A stretch of 64,000 bases of DNA from Emiliania huxleyi CCMP1516 (taxonomy: Eukaryota): contig NW_005202303.1 of assembly GCF_000372725.1 (NCBI RefSeq), positions 372,001 to 436,000 of the forward strand, in the 5' to 3' direction. The position numbers and the translations under genes were made by a program. Shown here in pieces: positions 46,401 to 58,073 of this stretch. Positions within the stretch are counted from its first letter, which is position 1; each line of letters begins with the position of its first letter. The notes under the pieces were generated by a model, which saw only the letters and a list, made by a program, of their open reading frames with translations, did no database searches and was not told the DNA's origin.

Positions 46401-47513
46401 GATTTCTTTCTTCCGCCGAGAAGGCACGCGCTACAAAAACAAAACTCGTAGGCACGAACGCTCAGCGCTGCTCATTCTCTCTTCTCTGGTGGTCTGGCAC
46501 GACTGGCAGGCAGGGGTCACGCTTGAGGCTTGTGAAGTTTGTGAGGTGAGACCGAAGGTCTCAAGGAGGTCAGGTGGGGGACGTCCTTTGAGTGCGGGTG
46601 AAGAATAGAAGGCTTAGACTCGGCACAAAGCCGCAGACATGGCCGCAACAGTGCGCGCCCGCAGCCGCCAGGTCGGTCTGGGTGAGCCGAGTGGAGGTCC
46701 ACGCCAGCGGGCAGACCAGCACAAACCCGAATCCCACCAATCTGGAAGAGTTGGTCTGGTGGCGCCCGTTATCGCCCTTGTCGCCGAGGGAGAGCGAGCA
46801 GCGCAGCACCACACAACATGCCCGGAATAGGCGTCGACGACACATCAGCAGGCGAGGCGCAAAGAAGAGGCAGAGCACGCAACACGCTGCAGCTTGGCTG
46901 TGGGCGGTCTGGCAGCAACCATCGAGCGAGCCGGCGACAAAGCCAGCGCCCTCTGTACCCAGGGTGTTGTGCGAGACTCATACGTCGTCGCGGCGAACCG
47001 CTGTGCCAAGCACCCACCTTTCCAACCCGCCGCCGACGCTCGCTCGGCTGGGTCATCGGCGAGGAGTGCCGCCGATGCAAGAGTGGGCGGTCGCAGCAGC
47101 TCGTAGCGCTTGCCATGGCTGCCGCACACCCGGGCACAGTCACAGGCCGCGACAGGGACCCTTGGGACGGGCTGAGTGCACGCTGCGGGCTCGCACAGTG
47201 TCGGCGCGAAGCAAATTTTCTCTAAGTGAACCAGGGTTAGGCCGGCTGAACAACAATAAGGAAGGCCTGGCAGTGACCCACGACGACCTCCAGCGTCCAG
47301 TGCGGGTAATACCCGAAAATACCTGGAAAATTCCGGGTATTCTCGGGTTTTACCCGGGTTTTTTGCCGTTTTCTGCTTGCTGGCCGCTGAACAACAGTAA
47401 CAACAGTAACAAACAGTAACAGCATGGGCTGGGATGAACACTTGAACAACGTTAAGGATTTCAGCCAACAATAGTGCAACTGTTAGGCCCAAAGTTAACG
47501 TTTGACAGCTCTA
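43418..47513. mobile_element. hAT-type DNA transposon derivative with a large nested insertion
   Basis: Perfect 19-bp TIR TAGAGCTGTCAAACGTTAA. 8-bp TSD TCCCTAAA at 43410-43417 and 47514-47521. AACAG(T) subterminal repeats. No transposase core seen. Confidence 0.9.
43918..46455 (-). CDS. Cargo gene or transposase relic: low-complexity N-terminus, chromodomain, C-terminal Cys-rich finger
   Basis: Chromodomain YAVRRILA..KLEYQIEWE...SFEPEDNL..LVEEF (~44990-45150). CAGC...CVVCKVNLCKKC..WDH at ~43955-44146. Exon joining not resolved. Confidence 0.55.
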
Positions 47514-47634
47514 TCCCTAAATCCCATCTCGTCTCAGAGTTTGACCATTTTATTCCTACGAGAGCTCGTAATGCACGTCGCGGCTTGGTGTTTTGGGTTT
47601 GTCTAACTCTTTGTTCATTTATTTATTGGTGCTC

Positions 47635-49105
47635 TTACCGGACGGACGGCACTCCGTGCGAGCCGCAGAGCGACGCCAAGGCCATCACCTCCTTGACGTT
47701 TTGCTGCGTCACCTCCTCGAGGCGCCGGAGCACCTTCATCGACCACGGCGGCGAGCAGAGCACGTGGATCGCCGTCTCAAAGTCGTCGCCCGTCACATGC
47801 TGTGCCTCATCCTCGTCCACAATCACCCTCTCGCCTCGCACCGCCTGGGGGAGCGCCTGCTCCGCCAACGCCCGCACCGTCGCGCCGCGGCGGAGCACGT
47901 CGTTCCAACTGCGCATCACGCCGGCGATGTCCTCACGCGTCACGGCGACCAGCGGCTTGCAGACCGTGAGCTCCTTTGGCTTGCGCAGCATCACCTTGAT
48001 TACCGTCTCGATCGGGCACTCCGGCTTGCTGCGCCGCACCTCGCAGACGGTCGCTGCCTCGCCCGCAAAGGCGGTCGGGAGCAGCTCGCGCGCCCACCGG
48101 CAGACCTGCTCCGCCTTTGCCGCCAGCGCGGCCTTCCTCGCCGTCAGCGCCGGAGAGAGGACGCAGGCCGCAAAGTCCGCCCGCAGCTGGGCGTGGTCGA
48201 GGTCCTTGCCGATGACGACGAGCCTGCTGCGCCGCCCCGTCTCCTCGTCGCGCCGGAGCTCGCTCGTCCACTTGAAGACCATGTGCACCGCCTGGAAGAC
48301 GAGCTGCTCTCGCCGGCCCGCGACGGAGAGCACGCCCTTCATGCGGTAGAGCCGCGCGCCCTGCGTCTGCAGCAGCGTGTGCACCCAGTCCTGGACGAGC
48401 TCAAAGTCGACCTCTCCCTCCTCATTGATGCCAACGCTGCTCACCGACGCGTCGTGCGCGTGCTCGCCGTCGGTCGACAGAAACTCGGGGTCCATCTCGA
48501 GGGTTCGCTCGAGGTCGAAGCCGCGGATGTCGAGGAGGGAGCCGACGTCGACGGCCGCCTGCTCGCAGCGCTGGATCGGCGCGAAGCGGTTGATGGCGCG
48601 GAGCCGCGCCTCGACGCGGCCGAGGTCGGCCTCGCTCACCAGGTCCACCTTGTTGAGCAGCAGCCGGTCCGCGAAGGCGACCTGCTCGACCGCCTCGTTC
48701 TCGGCGCCCTCGGGCTTCTCCTCGTCGAGGTGCTGCTCGATGTGCCTGGCGTCGACGAGGGTGACGATCCCGTCGAGGCGCGCAAAGGCCTTGACCGAGT
48801 AGTCGACGAAGAAGGTCTGCGCCACAGGCGCCGGGTCGGCGAGCCCCGTCGTCTCGATGAGGATGCCGTCCAAGCGCAGCTCGCCCGCCCGGACTCGTGC
48901 GGCGAGCTTCTGGAGCACGGCGATCAGGTCCGAACGGACCGTGCAGCAGATGCAGCCGTTCATCATCTCGATGATCTGCTCCTCGTGCTGCTCCCTCGTG
49001 TTCTCCGCGAGCAGCGCGTCATCAACGCCGACCTCGCCAAACTCGTTCTCGATGACGGCGAGCCGCTTTCCGTGCGGCGCCGTCAGGATGTGGTTGAGGA
49101 GGGTC

Positions 49106-49139
<34 letters not shown>

Positions 49140-50668
49140 GGACGGGGACCCGCTCGTCGTCGCTTGCGGGGGCGGGGGCAGACGCCCGCTCCTCGCGGGC
49201 GAGGTCAGAGCACGGGGCCTCTACGGCACCGCCGACCGGCGGCTTGCCCTGCTTGCTGAAGAACGACGCCCAGCCACTCAGCCCCGCCGGGGCGGCCGGC
49301 GGCGCGGGGGGCTTGGGGACGGCTGCTTGCGCGGGCGGCGCTCGGCCGCGCTCGCCGGCCCGGATGAAGGCGTCCGTGTCGTGGGGCGCGTAGATGAGGG
49401 TGCCGTCGCGCAGCTCGACCTGGTACGGGCACATGGACCGGCCTGCCCAGTGGGCGAGCTTGACAACGGTGCCCGCCACCCAAGCGCGCGAGTAGCAGCA
49501 CCGCACGGCATCTCCGACCGAGAAGCGGAGGCGGCCCATGCCCAGACTGGCCAGCCGGGTGGCGACATTCTCGGGCGTGTCGATGCAGCTCTCGAAGCCG
49601 CGCTGCAGCGCCGCCTTGTCGAGGCTCTTGCCGATGAAGGTGAGCCTGCTCTCCCTCTGCTCCCCCTCGCGCCACGGCGTGGTGAATCCGCCGATGTTGA
49701 GCATGTGCACCGCCTGTGGGGCCCGGAGGGCGCGTCACGGCTTGCGTCCCACCCCTCCGACGCCCAGTGGCACGCGCCTGGTAGACGAACTTTGTGTCGG
49801 AGCCGGCGACGTGGATCACTCCCTTCATGCGGTAGAGCCGCGGCCCCGCCTCGGGCAGCAGCGTGCTGCACATCCACTCCTTGAGCAGGTCGAGGGAGAG
49901 GGGGCGCGCCTCGCGGAAGCCGTGCGACGTCACCGTCTCGTCGTGCACGTGCTCTCCCTCCGTGTCGAGGAAGCCTACGCCGAGGGCGCGGCTGGGTGAG
50001 ATCGGCCCGGCTCGGCGAGGGACGAGGAGCGGGGCGCTGCTACTTTACCTGGGTCCATCTCGAGGGTTCGCTCGAGGTCGAAGCCTCTCGTCTCGAGGAG
50101 GGAGCCGACGTCGACGGCCGCCTGCTCGCAGCGCTGGATCGGCGCGAAGCGGTTGATGGCGCGGAGCCGCGCCTCGACGCGGCCGAGGTCGGCCTCGCTC
50201 ACCAGGTCCACCTTGTTGAGCAGCAGCCGGTCCGCGAAGGCGACCTGCTCGACCGCCTCGTTCTCGGCGCCCTCGGGCTTCTCCTCGTCGAGGTGCTGCT
50301 CGATGTGCCTGGCGTCGACGAGGGTGACGATCCCGTCGAGGCGCGCAAAGGCCTTGACCGAGTAGTCGACGAAGAAGGTCTGCGCCACAGGCGCCGGGTC
50401 GGCGAGCCCCGTCGTCTCGATGAGGATGCCGTCCAAGCGCAGCTCGCCCGCCCGGACTCGTGCGGCGAGCTTCTGGAGCACGGCGATCAGGTCCGAACGG
50501 ACCGTGCAGCAGATGCAGCCGTTCATCATCTCGATGATCTGCTCCTCGTGCTGCACCCTCGTGTTCTCCGCGAGCAGCGCGTCATCAACGCCGACCTCGC
50601 CAAACTCGTTCTCGATGACGGCGAGCCGCTTTCCGTGCGGCGCCGTCAGGATGTGGTTGAGGAGGGTC

Positions 50669-50702
<34 letters not shown>

Positions 50703-50751
50703 GGACGGGGACCTTGCTTGCGAGCGCCTCGGCGGTGTTGGGGAGCATCAT
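47635..50751 (-). CDS. CobW/COG0523 metallochaperone GTPase with two G3E + CobW_C modules, an SH3-like insert and a C-terminal extension
   Basis: GFLGSGKTT, ENEFG, GCICC, ETTG, NKVD and RMKG each occur twice. Introns 49975-50048 (GT-AG) and 49714-49777 (GC-AG). Confidence 0.92.
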
Positions 50752-50818
50752 GGTTGAGGGGCTGAGCGAGGGGTGCAGGCTCTCCAGGAGCCTTCGCCAA
50801 CTAAATAACGTCGCGGGC

Positions 50819-51024
50819 CCTCAGCGGAGCTGGGAATAGGACCGCCGCGAGCGGCGTGGCGTGGAGCGGTTGAGCATCCCTCCGGGGGCCCCTCTGCGCC
50901 GGGGAGGCGTTGTTGGAGGCTAGGACGCAAGCGTCCGTCGCCCTTTTTCAAACTCGGGGCCCACTCCGCTACGCTCCGACCCGAATTTGGAGGGCCTAAA
51001 AGTTTAAGGTGTTGCTGCGCAAAA
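50819..51024 (+). repeat. Dispersed repeat family A, copy 2
   Basis: Matches 5501-5710. Confidence 0.9.
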
Positions 51025-51180
51025 GGGGAAGACGCTCCACGCACAAAAAGTATATGTATCAGTTCTTACGAACGTACTTCCTCTTAGGCGGACCGATCAA
51101 AACTGATCACGACCGGCGCGGCGTGCGCTTTCAAAAGAACTTTTAGACCGTGAGAGAGAGAGAGAGTCCCACACCCCTCT

Positions 51181-51258
51181 CCTTAAAATCCCTGTGTGGT
51201 GGCGGCGTGCCGTCCTCCCATCCCTCCCTTGGGTTGTCCGATTTCTTTCTTTCTTTTT
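51181..51258 (-). repeat. Dispersed repeat family C, copy 3
   Basis: Reverse complement of 32625-32695. Confidence 0.85.
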
Positions 51259-51551
51259 AGTCCCAGAATTAGTAAGAAAACTGAAAAAGAAAGAAACGCC
51301 GCCACTTCGCGGCGCAATCTGGGGGTGTCAAAGGTGGGCACTTCCAGTGTACCCCCGTTTCGCCCGGGCCAAAGGTCTCGCCCTAGAGGCCGCCCTTCCC
51401 TAACCCAAGGCTCGTCGCCCCGAGATGAGGTGTTGCACCGATCCCGTCGACGCCGCTGACGAGCCAAAGACCGCCCCAGCAGGCGCTCAGAGAGCGAGTC
51501 TCGGTCAGGCGCACACGCCCTTGATTGAGTACCGATTTCAGTCGCTCAGGC

Positions 51552-52424
51552 ATGTCCGGTCCCTTCTCCTTCTCGAGCGGCCTCCCCGACTGCTGCGCCG
51601 CGAGCCCGGACCTCTACAAAACAATCGCTGAGATCCCCGACGTGGCCCGCCTGGTTGAGATGACGTTTCCTCCGGGTGCAGCCAACGGCCCACGTTTCCT
51701 CACTCCGTCACCTCACCCAGGGACTTCAACCACGGCGCCGCACCGCAGGCGCCAAGGACGTCCCGCACGAGCACCCCATCCACTCCATGTACTTCATCAC
51801 CGACTGCAAGCTCAAGGCGACTTGACCGCCCGGTGTGGGTGCGGGGGCGGCGGCAGTGCGGGCGGCGGTGGTGGTTCAGGGAGCGGCGGCGAGGGCGGCG
51901 GCGGCGGTGAGGGTGGTGGCGGCGAGGGCGCCGCCGCCGGCGGCGGTGGCGGCGGCGGTGGCGGTCGGACAGAGCACCCACTCCGGCCAGCCGCCCACCC
52001 CGCACCCCCTCCCCCCACTGACTGTCCCAGATTGCGGGCCCTCCGACGCCGACCAAGCTGGGCGAGGAGGGCGGCGTGGCGGAGGTCCCTGCGGGCGCGG
52101 CGCCGATCTTCCCGGCCATGGCGCACCAGGTCGAGAATGTCGGCGACGCAGTCGGCAAGGCCATCTGTACAACCCGACCTCACCCCGAGTGCCTTGTCGG
52201 AACCGCCCGAGAGCCTTCTCGGAGCCGTCCAACAGGCGATCTTCGTCGAGCCGTACCCAAACTGCAAGGCGTGCGGCGAGGTCGCGGGCTACATCTCGCC
52301 CTTCGAGGTGTCGCCCGGCTGCTTACAAAAACCTGGGCCAAGGAACAACAACTGGATCCCCCGGGGTCCTTCACTTGGCCCCGTCGGCCGAAAAAAGGAT
52401 CCCCCCCCCATCCCCCCAAGGGGG
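51552..52424 (+). CDS. Cupin-domain protein (multi-exon, truncated by a gap)
   Basis: Spliced reading RLVEMTFPPG|AKDVPHEHPIHSMYFI...AHQVENVGD..|AIFVE shows cupin motifs 1 and 2. Confidence 0.7.
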
Positions 52425-53773
52425 NNNNNNNNNNNNNNNNNNNNNNNNNNNNNNNNNNNNNNNNNNNNNNNNNNNNNNNNNNNNNNNNNNNNNNNNNNNN
52501 NNNNNNNNNNNNNNNNNNNNNNNNGGGGGGGGGGGGGGCTGCTATCTGCTTGCTCTGTGGAGAGGACCACTCTGCCTCTCGTACGATCTGCGCGCATCCC
52601 CCCGCTCGAACGCCCCGTTGTCTGTTCGGTTGGAGATGGAGTCTAAATAAATTCAATGTATACCCGCGCGCGGCCGCGCCCCCCCTAGCGCCCCCCGCCG
52701 CCCCGGCGGGGCGCCGCCGGCGGGGCAGCGCCACCGCCAGCGGCAAGCCGCGCGACTGGGTCCAGCCCTGGGTGGCGCAAGATCTGACGTTCTGTGACAA
52801 TCGTCAGATCCGTGTTTTTCTCGTTGTTTTGTCGCTCGCTCCGCTCGCCACCTCACGCTCCGTAGTCCGGCCATGGCCAGTACCCCGCGTCTCAGTGAGA
52901 CGCGTGGTACCATCCAACTCCGGTCGAAGGGCTCGAATGCGCTCAGCCTCAGGAGGAACAAAACCACGCAAATTCTGCACGCCTCGCTGCGCCGCTGGCT
53001 TGACTGAATCAGGCAGCAGGCTGCTGCTGGAGCAGGCTGCTGCTGCTGCCACAGCAGCAGTCTGCTGCGGCCCTAATACGCAAGTTAATGACTAGCAGCA
53101 CTGCCGGGGGCATACGAGCCGCCACAGCCGGTGTGCGGCCGTGCACTGCCACCTGCCTGCGGCTACGCACAATGTGCGCTCGCATTGGATGAGCCCTGCT
53201 GATGGACCTGCGTCGCCTAGCTGCACGAGAGCAATGCCGCAGGCGGTGGCCGTGGCATACACTGCGAGCACACTCGGTGCAGCTGCGAGGTGCAGCAAGC
53301 GTCGTTCCTGCCTCTGATGCCACTCTCGCGGCGTCGCGGCTTGTAGCGCGTCACTCGCGCATGCTCTCCAGGAGCTATGGCGGGCGCGTGTGTGTGGGGG
53401 GCTGTAGCCTGTGTTTGGCCGGTTCTGACCCGTTTACTATCAGTATCATGCCCGGGCCACAAAAAATCGCACACGGGTAGCGGCTCAGGGGCCCAGTAAG
53501 TCGCGGAATCGCCAAATGTCACAACCTGCGCCACCCAGGGCTGGACCTAGTCGCGCGCCCGCGCGCCCGCGCGGGCGCGGCGCCGGCGGGCCGGGCCCGG
53601 CGCGCGCGGCGGCGAGGCGCCGCGCGTGGAGAGACTGGGGGCCCGTCGGAGAGACCATTAGACACGCCGGGACGGCGGGAACAGAGAACTTGAGACATGC
53701 GCACACTCATGACAGGTCACACACACAGACGCGCGGGGTATCTGATAAGTCGGAAAGCGCAGGAGGGCTCTCT

Positions 53774-54541
53774 CTACCTGTCGCCACCCCCTTGGCCCGG
53801 CTGCTCCCCCGCGTCCTCCACCAGCGTGGCGCGCGAGGGCGAGCGCGACGGAAAGGGCGAGACCACGTCCGCGATGCTGGCGATGTCGGAGGTCGCCCAT
53901 GCCGCGGCGACGGCGGTGGTTGCGGCGGAGGCGGCGGAGGATGGCGGCCCCCCCGGCTTGCCGGCCGGGCGGGAGGGAGCCTCTCGCTCGTAGGCTTCGG
54001 CGGCCGCGCGCGCCTGCTCCGCGCTGAGGAGCATCTCGGCGTGCGAGGCATCGGTCCAGCGGAAGCCGAGGCTCTCGTACAACCGGATCGCCACGATGTT
54101 TGACACGCTGCCCGCAACCTCGAGCCGTACGTCCTTGGGCTTGCCAAACTGCAGGCTCTCGACCAGGAGCGCACGGCCGATCTGCTGCCCTCGGAACTCG
54201 GGCGCGACCCAGACGAAGTCCACGTGCAGACTCGAGCGACCAGCAGCCTTGTCGAACTTGAGCGAGCGGCGCACGACCCCGGCCGGACGCTGGCCGCCCC
54301 GACGCGCGGGCACCCACGCTACTAGCAAGTCGCGCGGGTAGAGCTGGCGGTCACGCACGTCCAGAATCGAGTTGATGAAGCCGCGCTGGTGCTCGCGCTT
54401 CCGCAGCTGCCCACGCACATCGCCAAGCTCGTCAGCCGAGCCGCAAGGGCGGATGGTGAAGCAGGACGATGAGCCGCGCGAGGAGGCCGAACGGACTGAA
54501 GTGGCGGCCTCGGAAATGGCAGGGACTGCAAACTCCCGCAT
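53774..54541 (-). CDS. GNAT acetyltransferase
   Basis: VWVAPEFRGQQIGRALL (acetyl-CoA motif A) and NIVAIRLYESLGF (motif B). Confidence 0.85.
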   Translation of the reverse strand: MREFAVPAISEAATSVRSASSRGSSSCFTIRPCGSADELGDVRGQLRKREHQRGFINSILDVRDRQLYPRDLLVAWVPARRGGQRPAGVVRRSLKFDKAAGRSSLHVDFVWVAPEFRGQQIGRALLVESLQFGKPKDVRLEVAGSVSNIVAIRLYESLGFRWTDASHAEMLLSAEQARAAAEAYEREAPSRPAGKPGGPPSSAASAATTAVAAAWATSDIASIADVVSPFPSRSPSRATLVEDAGEQPGQGGGDR

Positions 54542-54736
54542 TCGGAGCGATCTCAATGCCTCCTGGCCTCCGCGCGATCTCGAGTTCCTTACCGAAGAGA
54601 ACCGGCGCGTGGTCCGATCGCGTCCAGCGGTTTTCTCTTTATTCCATTCTGAGAGAAGAGCCCCAACCGAGCGGTGTATGGGTTTCTTATCGTTTCAAGC
54701 CAAGGATTTTCTTTCTCATCGCCGCGCGGAGCACCG

Positions 54737-56076
54737 ATGGTCAACCTCCTGATCACGGGCGGGCTTGGCTTCCTCGGCCAGCAGGCTGCTCGCCGCTTCC
54801 TTCGGCGCGGCGCCGCGCTGTGGAGCCCTGTCGACCGCTGCCTCAAGCCGCTCTCGCAGCTGACGCTCTTCGACGCGGGCGGCATCCCGGACGACCTGCC
54901 CGCGGAGATCACGCAGGACGAGCGCGTGCAGGTCAAGATCGGCGACATCACCGCCGAGGGCGTACCCGCAGAGCTGGTCGACGAGCCAGACATGGCGGTG
55001 CTTCACCTCGCCTCGATGGTCTCGGGCGACTCGGAGCTCAACCCGGACCGCGCGTGGGAGGTGAACGTGCTGGCGCAGCGCGCGCTCCTCGACGCTCTGG
55101 CCGCCTCCGCGCCCGGCGCCCGCTTCCTCTTCACCTCCTCGACGGCGACGTTTGGAAGCCTGCCGCCACATGCGCCGCCCGACTACGCGGCCGGCGACGG
55201 GACAAAGCAGCTGCCCGGCAACACATACGGCTTCTGCAAGGTGGTGTGCGAGCTGATGGTGAACGACTACGCGCGGCGCGGCGCTGTCGACGGGCGCGGC
55301 CTCCGGCTGCCCGTCGTCGTCGTTCGGCCAGGCGCGCCACCGCCCCTCGCCACCGCCCGCCGTCACGCTGCTGGAGCGCTTGCCGGCCCCATCCTTTAGG
55401 CGCTCCCAACCCCGCCCTGACCACGTGCTGGTCGTCCGCCGTGCGGGAGCCCCTGCGAGGGGAGGCGGCCACGCTGCCCGTGCCGGCCGACACGCGGCTG
55501 CCGGTGGCTAGCTACCAGGCGGCCGGCTGGCGGCGGAGCGGGGCTGCTCGCGCTCCGCCGCCGCGTGACTCGTCGCGTGAGCTGCAAGTCAGGCCGCCGT
55601 CGGGGCGATGGAGGAGCTGCTCGTGCACACGCCGGCTCGCGTGCTCGGGCGGGACCGCACCCTCACCCTCCCCTCCCTCTCTCTCTCGCCGGCGGAGCTG
55701 CACGCGGCGGCGGCGAGGCTCGCGCCCTCGCTCGGGGTCGAGCTGGGCCCGCCTGCCGGAGGAGGCGAGGCAGCGAGCCGCGGAGCGGCGCTGCTCACGC
55801 GCTCCGCTGCGAACAGGCGCGCTGCTCGAGGAGCCGGACGAGCTGGCGACGCGCGTGGTGCGCGGGATGGGCGAACGAGCCGACGGCCGCCCGCGCCCCT
55901 CGCGCTGCGCTCTATTGTGGCGACGCGTCCGTGACATGTCCGCACGACGTCCCGTAGGCTCCCGCGCGCTCAAGCTGGGGCTGCTGCGCGACGAGAGCGC
56001 CGACTCGATCGTCGGAGGGTATGCAGAGGATTACGTCGTGCAGGGCGGGAGCGAGCGCGAGGAGGTGCTGAGTTGA
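54737..56076 (+). CDS. NAD-dependent epimerase/dehydratase (extended SDR), D-erythronate dehydrogenase-like
   Basis: ITGGLGFLG, GDIT, HLAS, FTSS, YGFCK (YxxxK), DGRGLRLP..VRPG|APNPALT..S.VREPL. Several introns. Confidence 0.85.
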
Positions 56077-56348
56077 GAGCCCGTGTAGGTCAGACCGAGG
56101 AAAGAGAGGTCAGTATGTACCAGGTCGTAAAATCCAAGTCTGAACGAACCCAACGACCGGCTTCTGAACGAGAGAAAAGCGAAAAAATAGTCGCAAAAAC
56201 GACAAAGCGTTTGACAAAGGGGGAAAGGCGCACTGTCCACTGACAGTGGCCCACTTGATGTGTGGTTGCAGCACTGAGAGGACGTTGACGTTTGACGTTA
56301 CAGTAAAACCTTAAACTTTTGCCGTAGAAAACACACACGGCACACGCC

Positions 56349-56435
56349 CCAAGCTGCAGAAACGAGCTTTAGTGCCTTCAAGTGTAGGCACTGGATTATC
56401 GTGCGCGCGGAGCGCGCTTGGTGCTACCCGGACAC
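56349..56435 (+). repeat. Dispersed repeat family E, copy 1
   Basis: CCAAGCTGCAGAAAC..AGTGCCT.CAAGTGTAGGCACTGGATTATCGTGCGCGCGGAGCGCGCT also occurs at 62313-62399. Confidence 0.85.
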
Positions 56436-57772
56436 GACACGCGCGGCCGGCACCCCAACTTGACGATTCGTAGATCGGCGTCTCCCCCTCCCCCTATGAG
56501 CTATCCAGCTATGTGCCACCACCCCCCACCCTCCAATCCGTAATTCCGTAAAACCGCGCAAAAAGCGCCCGAAAAATACCTGGACGCGTCCCACATATGC
56601 CGCGCACGCCTACTCCCAGGGCCAGTGCGCTACTTGCGGCGCGCACCGCCTGCTCAAGTACCCGCATCGTACCATGTGCTGCCGCTACGCGTGCCAGAAC
56701 GCGGCTGCGGCGCAGCGGCGAGCGCGGCTTGCCGATGGCGGTGCGGACGATGCGGTCGTGCCGGCGTTCTGCTACAAGATCAAGGCGGTGCTTGGCAAGC
56801 GCTTCTGCGATCCCGATCAGCTCATCGCAAAGAAGCGGCGCAACAAGCTGGCTGCTGCCGACAAGGCCCTGTAATACCTCACGCGCGGAACTCCAAGACA
56901 ACCCCGGGGATGCGCGAGCAGGACGAGGAGGAGGGCGAGCTGGCTGGAGATGAGGGTGGAGAGGAGGGCGAGGAGGGGGAGACGGCAGGGATTGAGGGGG
57001 CGAGACGGGTGGAGCGACCGTGAGAAGCGAGCGTGTCGTGTCGTGTCGTGTCGGTGCTGTTGGCGGTAAGCAGGCGGTCCGCGGGCACGTGACGAGCCCT
57101 CATGTCCCCAGGCCGTGCCACGGCAGACTTAGCCCGTGTAAGAGGCTCTCGCTGATCTTAGACCGTGCAAGCACCCCAGCGTGCCAGAGCACACTTAGAC
57201 CCGCTAAGCCTCGAGGCTCAGAACTTAGACTACTACCCAACCAGTCCGCGGCCCGGCCGTGAGACGCCGATCTACGAATCAAGTTATATAAAAATAAAAT
57301 ATTCTTAGCTTCAAGCCCCCCTCCGAGACTAGGGACAGAACCACACCAGTATCAGACCAGAGGGACTGCCCCCCGCCCCCACTTGCCCTGACTACACAGG
57401 ATAGCATGCCCCGATAACGGCGACACATAGTGGGGGACACTGCGCAAGGAGGGGGTGCGAAGGCTCATTGGGGTACTAGGTGGGACCATGAGGGGGGGTG
57501 GGCGGGGTCCTGTGGGGGTGAAATGTTGCGCGGCGAATTCGAACCTACCCCCTCGCCGCGCCGATCCTCACGCGGAGGGTAAAACCCTGTGGGACAAAAC
57601 CCCTCCGCGGTCGGCAGTCTTCAGAGTGGACCCCCCCCTCCCCAGCCTCCCCTGTGCATCTCGCACCCCCCCCCGCTCCCCATCGGTGACTCGCGAAGGA
57701 CACGGACACTCGGGGTGAGGGGGGGTCCCCCAGAGAGGGGGCTTTGGGGCATTGTTGGGTTGATCGCTCGTG

Positions 57773-58073
57773 CCGATCTCGGGTCGATCTCGGGTCGATC
57801 TCGGATCGATCTCGGGTCGATCTCGGGTCGATCTCGGGTCTCGGGTCGGTCTTGGGTCGGTCTCGGAGTGGTCGAGAAAAGAAAAAAATGGGGCGAGATG
57901 AGGCGAGATGAGGCGAGGTGAGGCGAGGTGAGGCCCCGAGGTGAGGGGCGAGATGAGGCGAGATGAGGCGAGATGAGGCGAGATGAGGCGAGATGAGGCG
58001 AGGTGAGGCGAGATGAGGCGAGGTGAGGCGAGATGAGGCGATGTGAGGCGAGATGAGGCGAGATGAGGCGAGA
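57773..58073 (+). repeat. Minisatellites (GATCTCGGGTC)n and (GAGATGAGGC)n
   Basis: 11-mer array at ~57773-57850 and 10-mer array at ~57892-58073. Confidence 0.9.

Noticed and set aside
43418..47513. Autonomous hAT transposase
   Set aside because: No BED finger, DDE core or hAT dimerisation motif was found in any frame.
47593..49884. 763-aa plus-strand ORF and similar long antisense ORFs (e.g. 8429..9643, 36851..38590, 60846..62072)
   Set aside because: Shadow ORFs opposite or overlapping real genes in very GC-rich DNA, with no motifs of their own.
51552..52424. Cupin as a DMSP lyase
   Set aside because: Only generic cupin motifs are visible, the gene is truncated by a gap, and known algal Alma lyases are not cupins.
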